Virus record (IMG/VR): IMGVR_UViG_2645727640_000030
Strand: one strand, 5' to 3'
Length of the DNA stretch: 8,025 bases
Source of the DNA: a virus
Lineage: Duplodnaviria > Heunggongvirae > Uroviricota > Caudoviricetes
Made by a program: the position numbers and the translations under genes. Position 1 is the first letter of the stretch. Each line of letters opens with the position of its first letter. The notes under the pieces were generated by a model that saw nothing but the letters and a program-made list of their open reading frames with translations, did not search any database and was not told the origin of the DNA. Positions 1-7,928 of the stretch are shown piece after piece.

Positions 1-516
1 CACGGATTCGGTCGGGTTAAACTGCACGCCAGCCCCCCACGCCAGAGACGTGTTGCTGTGGCGACCGTCATCACTTCCGGTCAGCACATCGTGCGTTTTC
101 CCCTTGTTGTCAGTTACGCGGAGATAATCCCCGGAGAAAGTCGACACACGGCTGTAAGCCACACCCACCATCGCATACGCGCTGAACCATTCATTCACGC
201 GCACAGACGGCCCCGCCATCACGCTGAACCAGCGGTTACGCACGGAATCTTCATGCCAGCGGGTATCGCTGTAGTGCGTTTTTTGCTCATCCTCAGCATT
301 GGCATAACTGAAGGACGTAATCAGCCCCAGCGCGTCCGTAAACTCATAACGGTATTTCACGTTAATCCCGTTCAGATTATCGCTGCCGGGAGCGTTCGTA
401 CGGGCATGAAGATACCCCGCGCTCAGTGTGGACTGATGTTCAGACGCCCATGCAGGCGCACCGGATACGGACAGACAGATGGCTGCGGACAAAATGGCTG
501 CACAAACTTTACGCAT
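1..516 (-). CDS. lom: Outer membrane protein Lom (Ail/Lom/OmpX-family beta-barrel), 5' part only; the C-terminal end runs off the window start
   Basis: Hand translation of the minus strand from ATG at 516..514 gives MRKVCAAILSAAICLSVSGAPAWASEHQSTLS..., a signal peptide plus mature N-terminus matching lambda Lom as I recall it. GAGAGG Shine-Dalgarno sits 5 nt upstream. The frame stays open to position 1 (172 codons in window). The ORF track shows only the antisense ORF 58..591 because the true gene is open-ended. Position directly downstream of J is as in lambda. Confidence 0.88.
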   Translation of the reverse strand, partial: MRKVCAAILSAAICLSVSGAPAWASEHQSTLSAGYLHARTNAPGSDNLNGINVKYRYEFTDALGLITSFSYANAEDEQKTHYSDTRWHEDSVRNRWFSVMAGPSVRVNEWFSAYAMVGVAYSRVSTFSGDYLRVTDNKGKTHDVLTGSDDGRHSNTSLAWGAGVQFNPTESV

Positions 517-537
517 AATTACCTCTCGCTTTTCTGC

Positions 538-564
538 AATAAAAAAGGCGCCATTTCTGGCGCC
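538..564 (-). terminator. Rho-independent terminator candidate between J and lom
   Basis: On the minus strand: GGCGCCA (complement of 558..564) - GAAA loop - TGGCGCC (complement of 547..553), a perfect 7-bp GC-rich stem, followed immediately by TTTTTTATT (complement of 538..546). It lies 20 nt after the J stop and 21 nt before the lom start. There is no U-tract on the plus-strand side. Confidence 0.6.
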
Positions 565-583
565 CGTATATGGGTTATAAAAT

Positions 584-3500
584 TCAGCTGATACTGATGC
601 CTGCGGTGGCTTTCTTCATCACCACAACCAGCAAATCGCTGATACTTGCTGTGGGATACCAGTTATTTACCAGCCATGCTGACACCGAAAACTCCAGCGT
701 CATGTGACCGTGACCGGCAGGCATATCAATAACACCACTGTAAATCAGCGTATTATCCAGCGCGGTACGGTTATAAATTTCAGCACCGTTTTTCCGCACT
801 ATCAGACGGCATGAGGAGTAAATATCAGTATGCTCTCTCTCATGCTTAGCGCCACTGAATGCCACCGCCGGAATAACAATTTGCCGGTCAAACGGCTGAT
901 CGTCATAAACCCTGACGGTAATGGTCCCTGATGGCCACCGCTCCGGTGCACGGGAGTCCCGGGGGAAAGCTTTGCCCACTGTTTTAACGAGATCGCCTTC
1001 AATCTGGTTGGCGGACAGTTTTCCCAGAACCCGACAGTTTTCGTTAATCGTGACGTTGTTGAGCGTCCCGGAGTTCGCATTCACGTTACCGCTGATATCG
1101 GCATTTTTCGCCGTCAGCCGCCCGTCCGGTGTCAGGGAAAATGCCGGAGGATTACCGCCGCTGGTAATGGTGGGAGCCGTCAGGTATTTCAGGAACACTT
1201 CGTTCATGAATATCTGATCGCCCTGACCAACAAACATCGGCTTTGTGTTGCCATTCGCAGGATTAATCATCGCAATCCGGTCAGCAGCCAGAAGCACCTG
1301 ACTCTGCATACCTGCTGGCGTATTCTCAATACCGGCTCCGATACCCGCAATATAAAGGCGTCCGTCCTGCATCTGCTGCAGTTTCACGGCCCACATGCTG
1401 TTCAGGTTATTATTTGTATCAACCTGAACTTTCTGTATCTGCTGGATTGCCGCACTCTGGTCTTCCAGTTTTTTATTGACGGTCTGCGTGATTTCATTGC
1501 TGACATTCGTAATGGACGTCCTGATTTCAGCCAGGTCCGGCGCAAGCTGACCGTTATCAATCTGCGTCCACAGCTCCTGGGCCAGATGTGTTTTCCCGAT
1601 TTCTCCTTTGAAAAAATCCAGGTAACCTTCCGCATCATCGCTCGCCCGACCGACAGCCTCCACGAATGCCGATTTGCCAACGGTGTTCACACTGCGAACG
1701 TAAAAATAATAATCATGGCCCGGTTTGATATTGATACTGGCGGCTATCCAGTACAGCGCCGTACCAAGATAACGCGCGCTGGTTTCAACCTGCCTGATAT
1801 CAGCAATCCGTTTTTCCGAGAACCAGAACTCAAACTGTACCGTCGGATCATAAACCGCAAAATGCGGCGTGGCGGTTATCTGAAAATAGCCCGGCGTCAG
1901 CTCAATCCGCGACGGTGCTGCCGGTGCGGCAATCCGGAACGATACCGATGCCGGATCGCCCTGCTGTCCCCACGCATTTACCGCCCGGACTGTCAGCCTG
2001 TAATTTCCCAGCGCCAGTTGCGTGAAGCGGTATGTGGTTTCCGTCGTCCGGGCCGTGCTGACCAGCCGCTCACTGCCGTCGTCCGCTGCCACGGTCAGGC
2101 GAAGCAGGAAGCTCACGCCCTTCACCACCTTCGGCGTGTCCCAGCGCGCCAGCACCTGATATTCCCCGCTGTCTGCGGTGACTTCTGCGGTCAGGTGCTG
2201 CACCGCTGGCGGCGTGACACCATTCACCGTGCCGCTCTGGTCGCCGTCAAAGTGCGCCCCGTTATCCACGATGGCCTCTTTTTCCGGTACATGCTGCACG
2301 GCGGTGATGGCATACGTGCCGTCATCGTTCTCACGGATACTCACACAGCGGAACAGGCGCTGGCGCAACGTCGGCAACTTCAGCCCCCACACGCTGTATT
2401 CAGCAACACCGTCAGGAACACGGCTCACTTTTACCTTCACGCCGTCGGTGACGGACTGAACCTCCACGCTGACCGGATTGCCACTTCCGTCAACCAGGCT
2501 TATCAGCGTGGTACCGGAGGATGGCAGCGTGATTTCACGGTCGAGCGTCAGCGTCCGGGTCTGGCTGTTCACCGCCAGCACGCGCCCGCCGGTGCTGATA
2601 CCGGCATAGTCATCATCACAGATTTCAATGACATCGCCCGGTACATGGCGAAGCCCTTCGGCACCCACGCTGAAGTCCACGGTCTGCGTTTCCAGCAGTT
2701 CTGTTTTAATCAGCCACAGCCCGGCGCGGTGCGCCTGCCCCCGGCTGGTACAGCCAAAGGCATCCATCTTCGTGACGTTACGACCGTAACGGGCAATGGC
2801 CTGCGTATCTTCAACAAGCTCTGTCGCCGTCTCCCAGCCGTTATTCGGGTCAATCCAGTTCACCTCAACGGCATTATGGCGGTCCTTCAGGGCGCTGAAG
2901 CTGTAGCGGAACGGCGCGCCATCATCCGGCATCACCACATTACTGCGGTTATAGGTCCACACCTTATCCGACGGCCGGTCCTGCACGAACGTCAGCGTCT
3001 GCCCGTTCCATACCGGCATACAGCGCATCGCCGAGCAGAAATCACTGAGCACATCCCACGCCTTGCGCTGTGTGGTCAGCCACGCATTACAGGTGATGCG
3101 CGGCTCCGTGCCACCAAAACCGTCCGGCACCGACTGGTCGCAGTACTGGCCGATGACATACAGCGCCCATTTATCCACATCCGCCGCACCAAGACGTCTC
3201 CCCATGCCGTAGCGCGGGTGGGTCAGCATATCCCACAGACACCAGGCCGGGTTGTTGCTGTATGCCGGTTTTAACGTTCCGTCCCAGATACCGCTGTATG
3301 TGCGTTTTTCCGGGTCGTAATTCGACGGCACCTGCAGAATGCGTCCGCGCAGATGATAATTACGGCTCACCTGCTGGCTGCCGAACTGCTCCGAATCCAC
3401 CTGTACGCCGACCAGTGCCGTGTTCGGGTAGCCCTGTTTCACATCGATGATTTCGGTGTATGACGACCAGAGCGTTTTGTTCTGCAGCTGGTCTGTGGTG

Positions 3501-4063
3501 CTGTCCGGCGTCATCCTGCGCATCCGGATATTAAACGGGCGCGGCGGCAGGCTACCCACCACCACCGAGGCCAGATACTGCGAGGTGGTTTTGCCCTTAA
3601 TGGTGATGTCTTTTTCCGTCACCCAGCCACCGTTACGCTGTATCTGAACCAGCAGGCGGACTTCCGACGGATTCCTGTCCCCCTTTGAGGTGGTTTCCAC
3701 CAGTGCCTGCACACCGAAGGTAAAGCGCAGACGGTCGATGTTTGCCGACGTGATGGTCCGGGTGATCGGCGTGTCATATTTCACTTCCGTACCCAGCACC
3801 GTCTCGGAGCCGGAGGATTCAAACCCCTCCGGCGGTGTCTGCTCCTGCTCACCGGAACGGAACACCACCGTGACACCGGAGATATTGGTATTCCCCTCAC
3901 TGTCCAGCACCGGCGTACTGTTCAGCAGCACGCTTTTTAATCCATCCACCGGACCTTCAACCGGCCCTTCGCTGATGGCATCGATCACACTCAGCAACTG
4001 CGTGGACTTCAGGTTGTCCTTCGCTTCGCGCGGGGTATGCCCCTTACTGCTGCCTTTACCCAT
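584..4063 (-). CDS. J: Host specificity protein J / tail tip central fibre (1159 aa)
   Basis: Complete ORF in the track. N-terminus [34 protein letters not shown] matches lambda gpJ as I recall it. GGAG sits 8 nt upstream of the ATG. Size is in the range of lambda J (1132 aa). Position after I and before lom is as in lambda. Confidence 0.95.
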   Translation of the reverse strand: MGKGSSKGHTPREAKDNLKSTQLLSVIDAISEGPVEGPVDGLKSVLLNSTPVLDSEGNTNISGVTVVFRSGEQEQTPPEGFESSGSETVLGTEVKYDTPITRTITSANIDRLRFTFGVQALVETTSKGDRNPSEVRLLVQIQRNGGWVTEKDITIKGKTTSQYLASVVVGSLPPRPFNIRMRRMTPDSTTDQLQNKTLWSSYTEIIDVKQGYPNTALVGVQVDSEQFGSQQVSRNYHLRGRILQVPSNYDPEKRTYSGIWDGTLKPAYSNNPAWCLWDMLTHPRYGMGRRLGAADVDKWALYVIGQYCDQSVPDGFGGTEPRITCNAWLTTQRKAWDVLSDFCSAMRCMPVWNGQTLTFVQDRPSDKVWTYNRSNVVMPDDGAPFRYSFSALKDRHNAVEVNWIDPNNGWETATELVEDTQAIARYGRNVTKMDAFGCTSRGQAHRAGLWLIKTELLETQTVDFSVGAEGLRHVPGDVIEICDDDYAGISTGGRVLAVNSQTRTLTLDREITLPSSGTTLISLVDGSGNPVSVEVQSVTDGVKVKVSRVPDGVAEYSVWGLKLPTLRQRLFRCVSIRENDDGTYAITAVQHVPEKEAIVDNGAHFDGDQSGTVNGVTPPAVQHLTAEVTADSGEYQVLARWDTPKVVKGVSFLLRLTVAADDGSERLVSTARTTETTYRFTQLALGNYRLTVRAVNAWGQQGDPASVSFRIAAPAAPSRIELTPGYFQITATPHFAVYDPTVQFEFWFSEKRIADIRQVETSARYLGTALYWIAASINIKPGHDYYFYVRSVNTVGKSAFVEAVGRASDDAEGYLDFFKGEIGKTHLAQELWTQIDNGQLAPDLAEIRTSITNVSNEITQTVNKKLEDQSAAIQQIQKVQVDTNNNLNSMWAVKLQQMQDGRLYIAGIGAGIENTPAGMQSQVLLAADRIAMINPANGNTKPMFVGQGDQIFMNEVFLKYLTAPTITSGGNPPAFSLTPDGRLTAKNADISGNVNANSGTLNNVTINENCRVLGKLSANQIEGDLVKTVGKAFPRDSRAPERWPSGTITVRVYDDQPFDRQIVIPAVAFSGAKHEREHTDIYSSCRLIVRKNGAEIYNRTALDNTLIYSGVIDMPAGHGHMTLEFSVSAWLVNNWYPTASISDLLVVVMKKATAGISIS

Positions 4064-4085
4064 TCCTCACGCTCCATAAACGACA

Positions 4086-4105
4086 AAACCGCCCGGAGGC
4101 GGTTT
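4086..4105. other. Perfect 8-bp stem-loop in the 60-nt I-J intergenic spacer (possible attenuator or mRNA structure)
   Basis: AAACCGCC (4086..4093) - CGGA loop - GGCGGTTT (4098..4105). In the minus (transcribed) orientation the stem is followed by TTTTGTCGTTTAT, then the J Shine-Dalgarno GGAG and ATG. Confidence 0.4.
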
Positions 4106-4123
4106 CACATAAAACATTTTGCA

Positions 4124-4774
4124 TCAGCGACCAATCACCACAACCTGACCACCATCCCCTTCATCTGCCGTGCTGATCTCCTGAGAAACCACACGCGACC
4201 CCACGCGCATTTCACCGTACAGAACAGGCAGAACATTGCCCTGGGCAACCATGTTATCCAGTGAGGAGAAATAGGTGTTCTGCTTACCGTTATCCGTACT
4301 GGCTGCCGTACGGGGAGTCCTGGCTTTCGGTGCCAGCATCTGCGCCACACCGCCAAGGATCATACTGGCCCCCGCAGCATACATGCCCGATACAGCCGCA
4401 GCCCCCAGCCAGCCCACAGGGTTCCACCACGCCACCGCAATCAGCGCCGCACCAAGCACCACCTGAAACACACCGCCACTTTTAGCTCCCGCAAGACGCG
4501 GAACGATGTGGATCACGGCACCATTTGCCAGCGGCTCATTAAGACGGGCAGATAATTCGTTTTCGCCTGCATCACGCCCGGCAATGCGCACCTGATACCA
4601 GCCATCACTCAGTTTCTGACGAAACACCGGGAGCTGCATGGCCAGCGCCCGGATGGCTTCAGCCCCCGTTTTCACACGAAGGTCGATACGGCGACCAAAT
4701 CGTTGCAAATCCCCGTAAAGGCAGATGCGTGCCATGCCCGGTGACGCCAGAGGGAGTGTGTGCGTCGCTGCCAT
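4124..4774 (-). CDS. I: Tail tip assembly protein I (216 aa)
   Basis: Complete ORF. N-terminus MAATHTLPLASPGMARICLYGDLQRFGRRIDLRVKTGAEAIRAL and C-terminus ...VSQEISTADEGDGGQVVVIGR match lambda gpI as I recall it. Gly/Ala-rich hydrophobic central segment. The start lies 103 nt inside the K reading frame, as in lambda. AGAGG lies upstream of the ATG. Confidence 0.9.
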   Translation of the reverse strand: MAATHTLPLASPGMARICLYGDLQRFGRRIDLRVKTGAEAIRALAMQLPVFRQKLSDGWYQVRIAGRDAGENELSARLNEPLANGAVIHIVPRLAGAKSGGVFQVVLGAALIAVAWWNPVGWLGAAAVSGMYAAGASMILGGVAQMLAPKARTPRTAASTDNGKQNTYFSSLDNMVAQGNVLPVLYGEMRVGSRVVSQEISTADEGDGGQVVVIGR

Positions 4775-5415
4775 TTGTCGGTATACCTCTCTCGTTTGCT
4801 CAGTTGTTCAGGAATATGGTGCAGCAGCTCGCCGTCGCCACAGTAAATAGCGGCATGATTCGGCACCGATGAACCAAAACAGCACAGCAGCACATCGCCC
4901 GGCTGCGCCGCTGACAACGGCACCTGATACAGCCCCGTTGCCTCCAGATTATCCAGATAGAGATTCTGGCCGTTACGCCACCAGTCATCCTCACGATGAA
5001 AATCCGGCATCTCAATCCCCGCCAGATGGTAAGCGTCCCGGAACAGCGTGTAACAGTCCGTCACCCCGTGCTCAAAGCGCCGCCCGGTGAGATGCGGCAC
5101 ACAGCGGAACTTATGAATCGCCCCCCGGCAGACCAGCCACCACGGCAAATCACTCTGCACCTGCAGCCGCCGGTCGGCCTCACTCAGCCAGGGCAGACCA
5201 CCGGGGTGGCTGTGGACCAGCGCCACAATCTCACCCTGCATTTCTGCCTGCAGCCAGTCCTCCGGCGACATACGGAAATACGCCTCCGGCTCACCGGAGA
5301 TATTCACGCAGGGAAAATATCTTTCCCCCTCCGGCGTGCTCACCACGAAGCCGCACGACTCCGCTGGCGCACATCGCCGGGCGTGCGCCAGAATCGCTGA
5401 TTCTGTCTGTGTCAT
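4672..5415 (-). CDS. K: Tail tip assembly protein K, two-domain MPN/JAMM + NlpC/P60 protein (247 aa from first ATG; 199 aa if started at internal Met 5271)
   Basis: Complete ORF. JAMM signature H-x-H-x(7)-S-x(2)-D is present as HSHPGGLPWLSEAD (minus strand, 5214..5173). NlpC/P60-like Cys/His motifs present (GVTDCYTLF, NHAAIYCGDGELLHH). The ATG lies 5 nt after the L stop with no separate Shine-Dalgarno, suggesting translational coupling. Confidence 0.9.
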   Translation of the reverse strand: MTQTESAILAHARRCAPAESCGFVVSTPEGERYFPCVNISGEPEAYFRMSPEDWLQAEMQGEIVALVHSHPGGLPWLSEADRRLQVQSDLPWWLVCRGAIHKFRCVPHLTGRRFEHGVTDCYTLFRDAYHLAGIEMPDFHREDDWWRNGQNLYLDNLEATGLYQVPLSAAQPGDVLLCCFGSSVPNHAAIYCGDGELLHHIPEQLSKRERYTDKWQRRTHSLWRHRAWHASAFTGICNDLVAVSTFV

Positions 5416-5420
5416 GGGAT

Positions 5421-6119
5421 TTACTGCGAAAGTTTGTTAATGGAAAGGAAGCCGCCAAAGTTGCCGACGTTATTGCGGAACTTACAGCCACTCAGGCATT
5501 TGCTGCATTTATCCTTCGTGATATCGGACGTCGGCTGGTCATATTCATCCGCGACAGCCGGACCGTGATAACCGCACTCATCACCGCGATAGGTCCAGGT
5601 GCAGGTATTAGCCAGCATGATGCGGCCCGGAAAAACAGCGCCGTCCGTTTCCGTCGGCGTGGACAGTACAAAGGAGGCACTGACCGCGCTCAGTTCGCTG
5701 CACTGCTCAATGCGCCAGCGGCTGATTACCTCCTGCTCCGGATCGGCGTCACTGTTTCCGTTGACGAAGTTCACCGCATCCAGAAAACGGGCGTAAACCT
5801 TACGCCTGACCACCGTTCCGCCGACCAGACTCTGCAGGTCTTCCGCCATCCCGGTGACCATGCCGTGCAGATTAGAGACTTTCAGCGTTGGCCTTACACT
5901 GGCTCCTTTGCCGTTCATCTCAAATCCACTTCCCTGAATGGGATAGGCCTGATACTGCCGCCCCTGCCAGGTGACTGGTTCACCTTTTTCGTTCTGCTCA
6001 TTACAGAAGAAATAACGATCTCCGCCGACCTCTGTCAGATCAATTTCCCAGAGCACGATCAGCGCGGATTGCTCCGTTTTAGTGCACTCATTGAGTGTTT
6101 CCTGCTGTATATCCTGCAT
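5421..6119 (-). CDS. L: Tail tip protein L (232 aa) with C-terminal cysteine cluster
   Basis: Complete ORF, same length as lambda gpL. N-terminus MQDIQQETLNEC... Cys at residues 173, 182, 205, 208, 212 (CTWTYRGDEC...DKCSKCLSGC). The start ATG shares its A with the M stop (TGATG), as at the lambda M/L junction. Confidence 0.9.
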   Translation of the reverse strand: MQDIQQETLNECTKTEQSALIVLWEIDLTEVGGDRYFFCNEQNEKGEPVTWQGRQYQAYPIQGSGFEMNGKGASVRPTLKVSNLHGMVTGMAEDLQSLVGGTVVRRKVYARFLDAVNFVNGNSDADPEQEVISRWRIEQCSELSAVSASFVLSTPTETDGAVFPGRIMLANTCTWTYRGDECGYHGPAVADEYDQPTSDITKDKCSKCLSGCKFRNNVGNFGGFLSINKLSQ

Positions 6120-6475
6120 CAGTGAGTGACCTCTTCAAAGGTACAGTTAAAATCGGTATACATGGCATTATCCGAAATGCTCCACTCCCTGCAGACAACC
6201 CGGACAGTCCTGTTGTGTTTTGGCGGACGCCACAAAAAAGCACGAATCCCGGCATGACGGGATAAAAAACTGTCCAGCGCGGCACGGGAATATTCATCTG
6301 TGACACGAAATACCGGTTTAAACGTTTTCAGATCCGCATTCAGACCACCAGCCCGTCGCTGTTCATATCCGTCACCAAACTTTACCGTAATAACTGATGG
6401 CTTTCGTGTCGTCTCCATCCCCTCACGGGGGATCCAGTTAAAAACTTCAGGCTCAGGCACTGTACAATCCTCCAT
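6119..6475 (-). CDS. M: Minor tail protein M (phage minor tail protein family); start uncertain
   Basis: ORF in frame with stop at 6121..6119. Contains the motif region VKFGDGYEQRRAGGLNADLKT, resembling lambda gpM (RFGDGYSQRAPAGLNANLKT from memory). Candidate starts: TTG 6505 (track, 128 aa), ATG 6475 (118 aa, overlaps H by 23 nt), ATG 6418 (99 aa, GAGG 2 nt upstream, 34 nt after H stop). Lambda M is 109 aa. Confidence 0.75.
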   Translation of the reverse strand: MEDCTVPEPEVFNWIPREGMETTRKPSVITVKFGDGYEQRRAGGLNADLKTFKPVFRVTDEYSRAALDSFLSRHAGIRAFLWRPPKHNRTVRVVCREWSISDNAMYTDFNCTFEEVTH

Positions 6476-7928
6476 CCCGACGCGATGACTGCATAATTGA
6501 CACAACCCTGCTGTCGATCAGATCCACCAGTCCCCTGGCTGAGCGCGCATCTATCTCGCCATTGCTCCCTTGATTCTGAATGCTGATGTGATACACGGGA
6601 GAATAAACAACCCCCCCGCCACTATTCACATTGCCAATGGCTCTGACCCCAAGAGAGCCGTCCGCTGCCCGTGTCAGTGGCATGATAGCTTCAGGCCCGG
6701 CCTCGCCCATCAGCCCGGCACCTTTCGCAAAAGCAAAATACGTCGGTGTATCCACAATAGTGTTACTGTAAGCACTCAGATTTGCTGATGTGTAAACACC
6801 ACCTTTTGCGTTTGCCACCGCCCCCGAAATCCATCCGCCGACCGTACCAAGCCACCCTCCGGCACCGGAGAGTGACTTCAGTCCGTTAACAATGGCCGCA
6901 TTCATCAGAATTTTTGAAACTTCCTGGAGAATTGAACTCCCCCAGTTTCTCCAGTCCACAACATTTCCGGCCAGTGCATCGGAAATATTTGATACCAGTC
7001 CGTCCATAGTGGAAACGACAGCATCTGCCGCCTGCGAAGCATAATCGGTGGCACTGTCTGCCCAGTTGGTCAGCCCCTCCTGGAGTCCTGCATTCCAGTT
7101 ATTACGTAAAGCATCGGCCTTTGCATAATAATCCTGCTGATCGCTGAGACGCTCTTCCAGATATTTTTTATTCAGTTCTTTCTCCTGTTTCCACAGGGCT
7201 TCTTCAATTTCTCCGGCCTGATACTGTCTCAGCAGCTCGTTATTTTTCTGCTCAAACTCATGCCGGATACTCCACATTTCCTGGAGTCGTTCACGCATCC
7301 GTGAGCCTTCACCATATCCCAGTAACTGCGCGTCGTTAGACGCCCGGGTACTGGCATTACTGTCCGCCAGGCTGCTTTCATACGCAGCAAGCTGCTCACG
7401 AATCTTTTTCTGGTCGATGAGTGCTGCATTCTGCAAAAGCGTTTTTTTCTGCGCTTCTGACAGGGTTGATAATTCGCCCTGACTGACCTGATATTTCATC
7501 TTAGCCAGTTCAGTATTCTGCCCTGCCAGTGCTATTTGTTCTTTTTGCTGTTTAATCAGCCGTTTATAAATATCTTCTGTTTTTTCCGCTTCGGTCTTTT
7601 TATGCGCTTTGGGTTTATTTGCCTGGTTATTTCGCCAGGCATCCAGTGAGTTATTGATATAATTCTGTCTGGCTGTCTGATACGCCTCTCCCACAAAGCC
7701 GAGATCATCCGCAGCATAACCCAAGCGGGCACGCTCACGGGCTTCCCCCTTCAGGCGGGACAGAGCCAGTTCGCGCTCGCTGTTATTCAGTGCAGTCTGC
7801 TGTTTATCATCCAGGGTTGCCTGTGGTAGCCGTAACGGTACATTCACCAGCCCCTGTCGCTGCTGAAGTAATTCATTACCGAGCCCGAGAAGGCGATTAA
7901 ACTCGGTATGCTGCCCATTCATGATCAA
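6453..7928 (-). CDS. H: Tail tape measure protein (H-like), C-terminal ~490 aa; possibly 5'-truncated or interrupted
   Basis: ORF ends ...MQSSRRDGGLYSA, resembling the lambda gpH C-terminus (...RDGGLF...). Gly-rich segment (SLSGAGGWLGTVGGWISGAVANAKGG) and a W-containing block (NWNAGLQEGLTNWADSATDYASQAADAV) parallel the lambda H C-terminal region. Upstream part is K/E/Q-rich coiled-coil-like, as in tape measures. Sits directly upstream of M. The track start is TTG 7928; the first ATG is 7922. An in-frame TGA at 7973..7971 lies 15 codons upstream. Confidence 0.7.
   Translation of the reverse strand: MIMNGQHTEFNRLLGLGNELLQQRQGLVNVPLRLPQATLDDKQQTALNNSERELALSRLKGEARERARLGYAADDLGFVGEAYQTARQNYINNSLDAWRNNQANKPKAHKKTEAEKTEDIYKRLIKQQKEQIALAGQNTELAKMKYQVSQGELSTLSEAQKKTLLQNAALIDQKKIREQLAAYESSLADSNASTRASNDAQLLGYGEGSRMRERLQEMWSIRHEFEQKNNELLRQYQAGEIEEALWKQEKELNKKYLEERLSDQQDYYAKADALRNNWNAGLQEGLTNWADSATDYASQAADAVVSTMDGLVSNISDALAGNVVDWRNWGSSILQEVSKILMNAAIVNGLKSLSGAGGWLGTVGGWISGAVANAKGGVYTSANLSAYSNTIVDTPTYFAFAKGAGLMGEAGPEAIMPLTRAADGSLGVRAIGNVNSGGGVVYSPVYHISIQNQGSNGEIDARSARGLVDLIDSRVVSIMQSSRRDGGLYSA

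Noticed and set aside
58-591. Plus-strand ORF (177 aa) at the window start
   Set aside because: It is antisense to lom, whose minus-strand translation gives a clear signal peptide and Lom N-terminus. The plus-strand product is His/Arg-rich nonsense.
1586-3274. Long plus-strand ORF (562 aa) inside J
   Set aside because: It is entirely antisense to the well-supported J gene. The product is Arg/Cys/His-rich and low complexity with no recognisable motif, as expected for a shadow ORF on the opposite strand of a GC-rich gene.
584-4063. Possibility of a diversity-generating retroelement targeting the J C-terminus
   Set aside because: There is no reverse transcriptase ORF and no obvious template-repeat/variable-repeat pair visible in the window.
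3690-4485. Several short plus-strand ORFs (3690..4079, 4037..4264, 4261..4485, 4275..4466) across the I-J junction
   Set aside because: All are antisense to J or I, Pro/Ser/Thr/Arg-rich, and lack ribosome-binding sites. Likely chance ORFs in GC-rich DNA.
4672-4774. K/I overlap as a sign of a frameshift error or pseudogene
   Set aside because: The 103-nt overlap, the 60-nt I-J gap and the other junctions reproduce the lambda arrangement as I recall it, so the overlap is most likely native rather than a lesion.
5409-6125. Plus-strand ORF (238 aa) antisense to L
   Set aside because: It overlaps L completely on the opposite strand. L has strong homology and a lambda-like junction context; the antisense product has no motif support.
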